Below, one piece after another: positions 56,058 to 64,000 of a DNA stretch of 64,000 bases. Both the position numbers and the translations under genes were made by a program. A model generated the notes under the pieces. That model had not been told where the DNA came from. It searched no databases and saw nothing but the letters and a program-made list of their open reading frames with translations. Positions within the stretch are counted from its first letter, which is position 1; every line of letters starts with the position of its first letter. This DNA comes from Campylobacterota bacterium (GTDB taxonomy: Bacteria; Bdellovibrionota; Bacteriovoracia; Bacteriovoracales; Bacteriovoracaceae): the NCBI GenBank assembly GCA_003650125.1, contig QNFX01000004.1:19738-83737 (forward strand). The letters are read 5' to 3'.

Positions 56058-57824
56058 TTATGCTTCTTTTAGTAAATAATCTAAAGAAAACTTCCCATTT
56101 CCGGCCCAGGCCAAAACTCCAAGGCAGGCCAGAACTAACATGGAAAATTGTAGTTCCTCTCCCGCGCCAAAAAATGGTGAGCTCCGATGAACGAATAAAA
56201 TGGCCCCAAGCAGAACCGACATATTAATCACCGAAGCAAACCTTGTGGCAAATCCAAGAGCTATGGAAATTCCTCCCACCACGTGGGCAAAGATTACATA
56301 CCAGGCAGTCACGTTTTGAAACTGACCGATTTGACCGGTGAGAACTTCAAGTGCCTGCATATTTATAATGAAATAGATTCCCTTAATTGCTAAGGCCCCT
56401 CCTAAAAACATTCTCAGTAAATCAAGAGGTGCAAATGATCTGATCAGCTCTGGTAAAAGAACCGGTTGGATATCTCCCTTGGCCTTTTTTCTTTCCTTTT
56501 CTAAGGCAATTCTTTTCTGATGGGCATCATAATGGGCCTTCTTGGCCTCTTGTTCAGCTTGAGGTGAAAAGCGAACTGCTAAGGCAAAAAAGGATAGGCC
56601 TATAACCACAAATCCTAAAATCATTAAGGCCTGAGGATAGGAAAGGTCAGGTGATCTAAAAAGAAAACCGGCGGCAACTGCCCCTAAATTCCCTCCAGCT
56701 CCAACAATTCCTGAAACTGCTCCTAAGGCCTTTTTATTAACGAAGGGTACTACTGAATATGTAGCACCTTCCGACATTTGCGTAAAAAGAGAAAAGATAA
56801 CCATGGTGCCAATAGCTAGAGGAAGAATGGTCATACGCGAGAAGATAATGAGAGCAAAACCTTCGACCAAAATTGCTAAGAAGAGCCATTTAACCCTTCC
56901 TCTAAGTCCCCATTTATGGCCAAATTTATCACCAATTATACCACCAGTAGTTCGAGCAAATATATTCATCAGCCCAAACAGTCCGGCCACCAGACCTGCA
57001 GTTTTAACTCCCAGGCCAAAATAATCTTTAAAATAGAGAGCGGCAATATTGTTAATGGTTAGCTCGATACCAAAACAGGCACCATAAACAAAAAACAGCA
57101 TCCAAACCCGGGAATCCTTTAAAGCATCTAAAAAGGATCCACCTGATTTTATATTTTCCTTTCTTTGATGGGTAATTCCTAGTTCCTTATAGTTCCCATC
57201 TGGAAGGTCTGTGGTTAGGTAGTAATAGGCAATACCGGTAACAAAACAAACCGCCCCGGCAATTACCATGGCCAAGCGCCATGACCAAAAGGTGGAAAAT
57301 CCCATGGCGATAAAAGCGGCAAAAACCAAAGGCATAATCATCTGGGTTACCCCGCCTCCGAGATTCCCCCAACCAGCGGTAGTGGCATTAGCTGTTCCCA
57401 CCACATTGGGTGCAAACATTACGGAAGTGTGAAATTGGGTAATAACAAAAGAAGCACCAATGGCGCCGATTGCTAAACGAAAAAGTAAAAAAGTTTCATA
57501 GTTGTGAGCGAAACCAATTCCCATGACCGGCAAAGACCCAAGCATTAAAAGCCATGTATAACTGAGCCTTGGCCCAATTCTATCACAGAGCCAACCAACA
57601 AAAAGTCTGGCAACAATAGTAATTGCCACGGAGGCGATAATGGTATTTCCAATTTGCGTTTTAGTTAAATGAAGTTCTTCCCGAACAATGGCCATCAGGG
57701 GCGCAATACCAAACCAGGCAAAAAAACATAAGAAGAAGGCAAACCATGTAACATGGAATGCCCGCATCGGTCTGGTAGAAAAGTTAAAAAGATCAATCTT
57801 GGTCGCTTGGTTTTTAATTTCCAT
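56058..57824 (-). CDS. NNP-family nitrate/nitrite transporter fused to a C-terminal DoxX-like domain
   Basis: 12-TM MFS with TAGWGNLGGG and GAGGNLG nitrate-signature motifs. A Lys/Glu-rich linker follows, then a ~123-aa four-helix segment (LRMFLGGALAIKG ... GNGKFSLDYLL) matching the DoxX pattern. Confidence 0.8.
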   Translation of the reverse strand: MEIKNQATKIDLFNFSTRPMRAFHVTWFAFFLCFFAWFGIAPLMAIVREELHLTKTQIGNTIIASVAITIVARLFVGWLCDRIGPRLSYTWLLMLGSLPVMGIGFAHNYETFLLFRLAIGAIGASFVITQFHTSVMFAPNVVGTANATTAGWGNLGGGVTQMIMPLVFAAFIAMGFSTFWSWRLAMVIAGAVCFVTGIAYYYLTTDLPDGNYKELGITHQRKENIKSGGSFLDALKDSRVWMLFFVYGACFGIELTINNIAALYFKDYFGLGVKTAGLVAGLFGLMNIFARTTGGIIGDKFGHKWGLRGRVKWLFLAILVEGFALIIFSRMTILPLAIGTMVIFSLFTQMSEGATYSVVPFVNKKALGAVSGIVGAGGNLGAVAAGFLFRSPDLSYPQALMILGFVVIGLSFFALAVRFSPQAEQEAKKAHYDAHQKRIALEKERKKAKGDIQPVLLPELIRSFAPLDLLRMFLGGALAIKGIYFIINMQALEVLTGQIGQFQNVTAWYVIFAHVVGGISIALGFATRFASVINMSVLLGAILFVHRSSPFFGAGEELQFSMLVLACLGVLAWAGNGKFSLDYLLKEA

Positions 57825-57839
57825 AAAAAATGATCCTCC

Positions 57840-59438
57840 CTAAGGATTTTTATAATCGGCCTTAGGCCCTAAATAATACCACCAGTTTAAAACGGCACAG
57901 AAAAGATAAAAAGCTGCAAATCCGTACAGTGCATACTCCGGAGTAGTCGCTTTAATCTGTTCACCAAAAACTTTTGGAATAATAAAAGCACCATAAGCTG
58001 CAACTGCTGAAGTCCAGCCAAGAACAGGTCCTCTTTGCTCTTGATTGAAAATCACGGCGATAGTTCTAAAGGTAGAACCATTACCAATTCCAGTGGCCAA
58101 AAATAGTAGTAAAAAGAGCAGAAAGAAAGGCATGAAAAACTGCTCTGGAGTGGCAGACATATAAGCTGCGTGCATATAGTAGGCAACACCTAAAGCAGCA
58201 CCAACCATAGTTAACGAACAAATTTGAGTAACTAAGGCGCCACCAACTCTATCAGATATCCATCCTCCTACTGGTCGAATTAAAGCTCCAATAAAAGGTC
58301 CAAGCCAGGCGTAGGCCAAGGCCGAAGGGCCATTAGGATTAATCATACTGTGATCAAATACTCCACCTGGGCCTGCGATATGTTGAAAGCCAAAGATAAC
58401 TTTAATGGAAAGAGGAAAGGCCGCAGAAAAGCCGATAAAACTTCCAAAGGTCATGGTGTAGATGATAGTCATGACCCAATTGTGTTTATTTTTAAAAATT
58501 GCGTACTGTCTTGTTAGTGATTCTTTTAACTGTCCCGGAGATAGCAGTTTCATGAGATAAACAGTTGAGACAATGACGATAGGAAGCACGAGCCATTTAG
58601 ACAATCCAACTTTTAAAAGCAAAACAAGTCCAAAGATAGCGGTGACAAATCCTAAAAATAAAAGCCAACTCATCTTGCCAATAGCGGCCAAGGTTGAATC
58701 TACATTAGGAGATACTTGCTGCGTTTTTATATTGTTCATTTTAAAGAAGGCCATAATTACAAAAACAATCAGGATAGGTACCCAAATAAGACCTGCATTG
58801 TGAATATAAGATAATTCGCCAACGGGTATTTTGCCGAGCAGAGAACCACTTGGCTTAATCAAGGTCATTGGAGTTCCACCAAAAAGCCCAAAGGTCATAA
58901 CGAGTGGAACTAAAATTTGCATGGTGGTTACACCAAAGTTTCCAAGTCCCGCATTTAATCCTAAGGCCATCCCTTGAACTTTTTTGGGGTAGAAAAAGGA
59001 AATATTGCTCATAGAGGAAGCAAAGTTTCCGCCACCAAAACCAGAGAGCAGGGCGAGAAGTTGAAATATCCACAAGGGAGTATTTTGGTCTTGCAACGCA
59101 ATCCCCACTCCTAATGCAGGAAGGATGAGCAGTGCTGAGGTCCAAAAAATAGTATTTCGTCCTCCGCAAGGACGGATAAAAAAAGTACTTGGAATTCGAA
59201 GAGTCGCACCGGTTAGTCCCGCAATGGCCATCAGGGTAAAGAGTTCACCTTTTTCAAAAGGAAAACCCACATTGAGCATTTGTACTGTGATAATACTCCA
59301 GTATAACCACACGGCAAAACCGCATAAAAGGTTGGGGATAGAAACCCATAAGTTCCGACTGGCAATCTGTTTGCCCGTGGAATTCCAAAAGGATTCATCC
59401 TCTACATTCCACTCCGTTAAATTAGTTTTATCGCTCAT
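57840..59438 (-). CDS. narK: nitrate/nitrite antiporter NarK
   Basis: Collinear with E. coli NarK as I recall it: IASRNLWVSIP, GGRN, GFGGGNFASSMSNISFFYPK, GLNAGLGNFGV. Confidence 0.9.
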   Translation of the reverse strand: MSDKTNLTEWNVEDESFWNSTGKQIASRNLWVSIPNLLCGFAVWLYWSIITVQMLNVGFPFEKGELFTLMAIAGLTGATLRIPSTFFIRPCGGRNTIFWTSALLILPALGVGIALQDQNTPLWIFQLLALLSGFGGGNFASSMSNISFFYPKKVQGMALGLNAGLGNFGVTTMQILVPLVMTFGLFGGTPMTLIKPSGSLLGKIPVGELSYIHNAGLIWVPILIVFVIMAFFKMNNIKTQQVSPNVDSTLAAIGKMSWLLFLGFVTAIFGLVLLLKVGLSKWLVLPIVIVSTVYLMKLLSPGQLKESLTRQYAIFKNKHNWVMTIIYTMTFGSFIGFSAAFPLSIKVIFGFQHIAGPGGVFDHSMINPNGPSALAYAWLGPFIGALIRPVGGWISDRVGGALVTQICSLTMVGAALGVAYYMHAAYMSATPEQFFMPFFLLFLLLFLATGIGNGSTFRTIAVIFNQEQRGPVLGWTSAVAAYGAFIIPKVFGEQIKATTPEYALYGFAAFYLFCAVLNWWYYLGPKADYKNP

Positions 59439-59452
59439 TTATATCTCCTTAT

Positions 59453-60640
59453 TTACTGATGTAAATTTAATCCTTCCTGTAAAAAGGCATCATTTTTGGG
59501 CATCAATGGTGTCTTGCTTAAGGCCCTCCCCACAACGAGAATAAAAAAGCTGGCAAGACCAATGGCGATACCTATCTCAGGAATGCCAATTTGCGGATTG
59601 GTCACTCCCGCGTGATGATAAACATCGGGTGCAACCATTAAATATATATCCAACCAACGGCCAATAATAAGTAAGATACAGACTCGCCCTAAGATAAAAG
59701 TGCTTCTTTTTGCTTTTCTAGTCATCAAGGCGAAAAAAGGAATAAGCCAATTGATACCCAGGTTAAAAAAGAACAACCAATCCCAACCATGTATTTCTCT
59801 TTGTAAAAAATATCCCGTTTCTTCGGGAATATTAGCGTACCAAATAAGCAAATATTGCGAGATCCAGATATAGGCCCAAAAAGAACTGAACCCAAAGATC
59901 AATTTCCCCAGGTCATGATAGTGATTTTCATTTATAACATCCTTGTAATAACCTTTACCTTGCATCCATATGAGCATCAGGGTTACGACGGCAAGAACAT
60001 TCACAAAGAGTCCGGAAAAAGTATAAATCCCATAGATGGTGCTAAACCAATGAGGTCTAACCGACATAAGCCAATCAAAGCTGGCAAAAGAATAGGTAAA
60101 GGCAAAAACGATTAAAAATATCGCTCCCCATTTCGTCATCTTAGCGGAAAGAGAAAATTCTGGATTTTTGTCCTGTTTAAGCGAAAGAGAAGTCAGTATT
60201 TTGGTCAGCCCCCACCAAACAAGAATAAAAAAGGCCATTCTCGCCATAAAAAATCCCACATTGAGATAAATGGATTTCCCCTGAAGGATCTCATCTTTTG
60301 CCACCAATTCAGGATGACTCCACTCATATAGCGTATGAATACCAAAGAAAAGACCGGCCCCTAAAATCAGGCCATAGGGTAGAAACTTGGTCAATGCCTC
60401 AAGTAGTCTCTTATAGGGTGTTGCCCAAGCAGCACTTGTAACTGCTGTTAGCGCCAATATAAATCCCCCGCCAAGGGCCAGTGACATAAAATAGAAAAAA
60501 TCTACCAGATAATTTATCCAGGCGCGCTCAGGAGAATCAAGAAAGCTCCAAACGAAACAAAAGATACCGACCAAGCAACCGGTGACTAATAGTCTCTTGG
60601 TTTTTATCTTGAAGTTGAATTTTTCAGTAATATTTCCCAC
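59453..60640 (-). CDS. actF: Alternative Complex III subunit ActF (second NrfD-like quinol-binding membrane subunit)
   Basis: Polytopic membrane protein in the ActF position after ActE. Start set to the GTG at 60640 behind AAGAGG. The track start at 60757 would overlap actE by 107 nt. Confidence 0.7.
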   Translation of the reverse strand: MGNITEKFNFKIKTKRLLVTGCLVGIFCFVWSFLDSPERAWINYLVDFFYFMSLALGGGFILALTAVTSAAWATPYKRLLEALTKFLPYGLILGAGLFFGIHTLYEWSHPELVAKDEILQGKSIYLNVGFFMARMAFFILVWWGLTKILTSLSLKQDKNPEFSLSAKMTKWGAIFLIVFAFTYSFASFDWLMSVRPHWFSTIYGIYTFSGLFVNVLAVVTLMLIWMQGKGYYKDVINENHYHDLGKLIFGFSSFWAYIWISQYLLIWYANIPEETGYFLQREIHGWDWLFFFNLGINWLIPFFALMTRKAKRSTFILGRVCILLIIGRWLDIYLMVAPDVYHHAGVTNPQIGIPEIGIAIGLASFFILVVGRALSKTPLMPKNDAFLQEGLNLHQ

Positions 60641-60650
60641 TTCAAACCTC

Positions 60651-61199
60651 TTATTTTTTTCTAAAAGTTTCTTGTAAAAAGTTAACATATTGAACCAAGA
60701 ACCAGCGATCCTTATAGTAAATCTGTTCACCGTGTGAGGGCATGTCCCCCGAACCATTTGTTATAATATGAAAAAGTCTGCCATCAGAATATTTAAGCAA
60801 ACGTTTTCCCGTAAGCGAAGGTGGGTTGGGGAACTTAGGAATAAGTGGCCCATCACCTTTACCTTGAGTCCCATGGCAAAGCAGACAGTAATTTTTATAA
60901 ACTTCCCCGCCACGGGCCAATGATTCTTTCGTTTTGGGAAAAGGATTTTTCAACTCTCTTCCTGCTCTTTTGGCCTCATCTAAACCTACGCCATAAGGAA
61001 AGGGCATTTTTCCTCGAGCAATAGTATTTTTTGGAGGAAGCTGCATAGTCTTTCCATCTTTCATCAATTCATTTGCTGAATAGGCCTCATAAGGAACGGG
61101 GTAAACCATATCAGTTAAAAACTCATATCCACCATTTGAGTCGTTGCGAGAACAACTAAAGATCAATGGGAGTAATAAAAGAAAAATAATATGTTTCAC
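60651..61199 (-). CDS. actE: ACIII mono-heme cytochrome c subunit ActE (lipoprotein)
   Basis: LIFSCS lipobox and a single CLLCHG heme site with downstream M (GDMPSHG). Confidence 0.75.
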   Translation of the reverse strand: MKHIIFLLLLPLIFSCSRNDSNGGYEFLTDMVYPVPYEAYSANELMKDGKTMQLPPKNTIARGKMPFPYGVGLDEAKRAGRELKNPFPKTKESLARGGEVYKNYCLLCHGTQGKGDGPLIPKFPNPPSLTGKRLLKYSDGRLFHIITNGSGDMPSHGEQIYYKDRWFLVQYVNFLQETFRKK

Positions 61200-61723
61200 T
61201 TCATCCCCCTCTTAGTCTTAATTTCCTTAGCTTTATGGGTAGAAAAGATAGAGCTAACAAGATCTGGATCAATGGCCGAACTTTTAAGTTCTACCGCTAA
61301 GACAAAAGCATCTTCAGTAATTTTTATATCTGGTATATCTCCCGCTTTCCCAGGAAAAAGGCGAGTACGAAAAAAGAAAGCTGCCACAGTTATCAAAGCG
61401 CCAAATAAAACAGTAATTTCAAAGGCCACGGGAATAAACGCAGTAAAAGAGTTAAAGGGCTTGCCACCGACATTTAAAGGCCAGCTAACTTTTGAAGTCC
61501 AAATCTGAAACCAAAGACCGACACTAAGACCTATAATGCCTCCGATAAAAGTAATATAGGGGAGACGGCTTCTTTTAATATCAAGCAAATCATCCAGGCC
61601 ATGAAGAGGAAAAGGCGTGTAGACATCAAAGATAGGAATTTTTTTATCTTTTAATTCTTTGCTGGCATTTACTAAATGCTCTTCATCTTCAAAAATCCCA
61701 AGTAAGAAGTTCTTGTTACTCAT
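61196..61723 (-). CDS. actD: ACIII membrane subunit ActD (DUF3341)
   Basis: [39 protein letters not shown], then two TM helices. Start moved to the ATG at 61723, which overlaps the actC stop by 8 nt. Confidence 0.75.
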   Translation of the reverse strand: MSNKNFLLGIFEDEEHLVNASKELKDKKIPIFDVYTPFPLHGLDDLLDIKRSRLPYITFIGGIIGLSVGLWFQIWTSKVSWPLNVGGKPFNSFTAFIPVAFEITVLFGALITVAAFFFRTRLFPGKAGDIPDIKITEDAFVLAVELKSSAIDPDLVSSIFSTHKAKEIKTKRGMK

Positions 61724-63080
61724 GACTTTTCCTCGCATATTTAAGCACCGATTTAACCTCGGCCACATTGATGGCCGGGAAAAATCTAATGAAAAGTAAA
61801 AACAGGGTAAAGAACAGACCAAAGCTACCAATAAAAGTCATTATCTCAATTTTAGTAGGTGAATACATCGCCCAACTAGATGGGAGATAATCTCGATGTA
61901 GTGATGTTACAATAATAACAAATCTTTCAAACCACATTCCGATGTTAACCACAATGGAGAGAATGAAAACCGCTACAACGTTGGTTCTAATTTTTTTAAA
62001 CCAGAAAAAATGTGGTGAGATTACATTACAGGTGACCATGGTCCAGTAGGCCCAGGCGAAAGGCCCTGTCGCTCGATTGATAAAAGCATACTGTTCATAA
62101 GGGTTTCCACTGTACCAGGCGATAAAAAACTCTGTTCCATAAGCAAGGGAGACAATCATACCGGTGACGATTAAAACCTTACACATGGCCTCGATATGGG
62201 CAATGGTTATATAGTTTTCAAAGTTCATCACCTTACGAGTTATAATGAGTAAGGTTAAAACCATGGCAAAGCCTGAAAAGACTGCCCCACAAACAAAATA
62301 AGGAGGAAAAATAGTGGTGTGCCATCCGGGAATTACCGAGGTAGCAAAGTCAAAAGATACAATGGTATGAACCGAGACAACTAATGGTGTCGCTAGTCCC
62401 GCCAGAATAAGGCATAAAACTTCATAACGGTGCCAAGTACGGTGTGATCCATTCCATCCCCAACTTAAAATTTCAAAAAACTTTTTTCTTATACCTTTTT
62501 TAGCGCGATCTCTTAGAGAGGCCAAATCAGGGATCATCCCCACATACCAAAAGACAGCGGAAACGATAAAGTAGGTACCGATGGCAAACACATCCCAAAG
62601 AAGTGGCGATCTAAAGTTAACCCAGAGATCCCCCCGCATATTGGGAAAAGGGAACATCCAGTGAGCAAGCCAAGGTCTACCCATGTGAATGATAGGAAAG
62701 ATACCGGCACACATAACAGCAAAAACTGTCATCGCTTCGGCAGATCTATTGATAGAGGTTCTCCATTTCTGTCTAAAGAGAAGCAAGATGGCAGAAATTA
62801 AAGTTCCAGCATGTCCGATACCAACCCAAAAAACAAAATTGGTAATATCCCAGGCCCAGCCAACTGTTTTATTAAGTCCCCAAGTTCCTATCCCGTTGAG
62901 GATTTGGTAGGTGACGGCCGCAAATCCAACCACTAAGGCCGAGGCGGCCACCATAAAAGCGAGGTACCAACCAATATTTGGTTTCCCTTCTACCGAATTT
63001 AAAATATCATCAGAGATTCCCTTATACCCTCTAAATTTGGTTATAAGGGGAATTCTAAGTTTTGAAGTATGCTCGGCCAT
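61716..63080 (-). CDS. actC: ACIII quinol-oxidising membrane subunit ActC (NrfD/PsrC family)
   Basis: 454-aa, 10-TM NrfD-like protein directly after the Fe-S subunit. Confidence 0.85.
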   Translation of the reverse strand: MAEHTSKLRIPLITKFRGYKGISDDILNSVEGKPNIGWYLAFMVAASALVVGFAAVTYQILNGIGTWGLNKTVGWAWDITNFVFWVGIGHAGTLISAILLLFRQKWRTSINRSAEAMTVFAVMCAGIFPIIHMGRPWLAHWMFPFPNMRGDLWVNFRSPLLWDVFAIGTYFIVSAVFWYVGMIPDLASLRDRAKKGIRKKFFEILSWGWNGSHRTWHRYEVLCLILAGLATPLVVSVHTIVSFDFATSVIPGWHTTIFPPYFVCGAVFSGFAMVLTLLIITRKVMNFENYITIAHIEAMCKVLIVTGMIVSLAYGTEFFIAWYSGNPYEQYAFINRATGPFAWAYWTMVTCNVISPHFFWFKKIRTNVVAVFILSIVVNIGMWFERFVIIVTSLHRDYLPSSWAMYSPTKIEIMTFIGSFGLFFTLFLLFIRFFPAINVAEVKSVLKYARKSHE

Positions 63081-63084
63081 ATTC

Positions 63085-64000
63085 TTAACCCTTATTTCTA
63101 ACTTTGGTGAGGTAATTTACTCGTGGTCTCACGTTTAATTCCTCAAGTAGTCTATAATTTCTAGCATTTTTAAGTAATTTTGAAACTTGTGACTTTGGAT
63201 CATTAATATCCCCAAAGACAATGGCATCACCTGGACAACTTTGCTGACAGGCCATTTTAATTTCACCATCTTTAAGAGCTCGCCCATCTATTTTGGCCTG
63301 TAATTTCCCTTCCTGAATTCGCTGAATACACATGGAGCATTTTTCCATAACTCCTCTTGAGCGCACTAATACATCAGGGTTTAAGACCATATTTGCATAT
63401 TTGTCATCGTGAGCGTAATCAAACCAGTTAAAGCGCCTAACCTTATAAGGACAGTTATTTGCACAATACCTGGTTCCAACACAGCGGTTATAAACTTGTT
63501 GATTCAGTCCATCGGAGCTTTGAACTGTAGCGAGTACCGGACAAACGGTTTCACAAGGAGCATTGTCACAATGTTGGCACATAAGAGGTTGATGAACTAC
63601 TTCAGGATTTTCATCATCTCCTTTATAGTAACGATCAATTCTAAGCCAATGCATTTCACGGCGATTCTTTACTTCTTCCCGGCCTACTACCGGAACATTA
63701 TTTTCAGCATTACAACTGATAATACAACCTGAACAACCGGTACATTTATTAAGATCAATCGCCATCGCCCATTGATGTCCCGTTTGGTCATGTTTAGGCC
63801 AAAGACTAATCAATTTAACTTGGGGGGGATTTCCAGCAGATTGGTTATTTTTCCAATCTTTTAAAGTTGTTTCACGAACAATATCCCGCCCCTCCATAGA
63901 GTGATGAGTTTGAGTCAAGGCCAAGGCCTTAAAGGTACCAGTTTTAGAAACTTTTATTCCATGAACGGTTCCACTTAAGTTTTTCCCTCTATACTGCATA
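63085..64000 (-). CDS. actB: ACIII subunit ActB, C-terminal Fe-S (4Fe-4S dicluster) part; N-terminus lies beyond the window end
   Basis: [41 protein letters not shown]...C...CP ferredoxin-type clusters. The reading frame is open to the window edge. Confidence 0.8.
   Translation of the reverse strand, partial: MQYRGKNLSGTVHGIKVSKTGTFKALALTQTHHSMEGRDIVRETTLKDWKNNQSAGNPPQVKLISLWPKHDQTGHQWAMAIDLNKCTGCSGCIISCNAENNVPVVGREEVKNRREMHWLRIDRYYKGDDENPEVVHQPLMCQHCDNAPCETVCPVLATVQSSDGLNQQVYNRCVGTRYCANNCPYKVRRFNWFDYAHDDKYANMVLNPDVLVRSRGVMEKCSMCIQRIQEGKLQAKIDGRALKDGEIKMACQQSCPGDAIVFGDINDPKSQVSKLLKNARNYRLLEELNVRPRVNYLTKVRNKG

Noticed and set aside
58573-59544. Several 60-140-aa ORFs on both strands inside narK and actF (58573..58803, 58855..59169, 59125..59544). 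Similar ones occur inside nqrB, actC and actD.
   Set aside because: These are alternative-frame or antisense shadows within long membrane-protein genes whose main frames have clear family signatures.

Overview
AT-rich bacterial chromosomal segment, almost entirely coding: about 75 CDS and one tRNA, with no rRNA, CRISPR array or prophage. All calls come from reading the translated ORFs for family motifs and reading intergenic DNA by eye; no database search was run. Gene content (Na+-NQR, Alternative Complex III, many secreted lipoproteins and proteases, LRR protein) suggests a marine Bdellovibrio-like predator such as Bacteriovoracaceae/Halobacteriovorax, but that is only an inference. Main blocks: (1) housekeeping genes (ald, htpG, hutF/hutG, hldD, tatC, map, aat, tRNA-Leu); (2) a tnpA-less IS200/IS605-type element with an intact TnpB at 3.1-4.4 kb, inserted against the fliL start codon; (3) a complete Na+-NQR module nqrABCDEF-apbE-nqrM at 23.9-31.1 kb; (4) an anaerobic or low-oxygen toolkit: hemN, tatA, a molybdenum cofactor operon (moeA-moaA-moaC-mobBA-moaD-moaE) behind a probable Moco riboswitch, and nrdDG; (5) tyrosine-related enzymes (hppD plus a PaaA-like di-iron protein, thiH/thiG, a tyrosine phenol-lyase-like gene); (6) a 13-kb run of minus-strand genes at 50.8-64.0 kb: ACIII actB-F, narK, a NarK-DoxX fusion, hemerythrin, a NifU-like protein, ABC-F, then an MNIO (DUF692)/DUF2063/rhodanese trio. 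The best candidates for something new are the orphan MNIO/DUF2063/rhodanese operon with no visible precursor peptide, the solo TnpB element with its predicted omega RNA, the NarK-DoxX fusion and the NrdD-thioredoxin-like fusion. Four small genes missing from the ORF track were found by hand: nqrM, tatA, a 50-aa ORF inside the nqr module and an edge-truncated lipoprotein.
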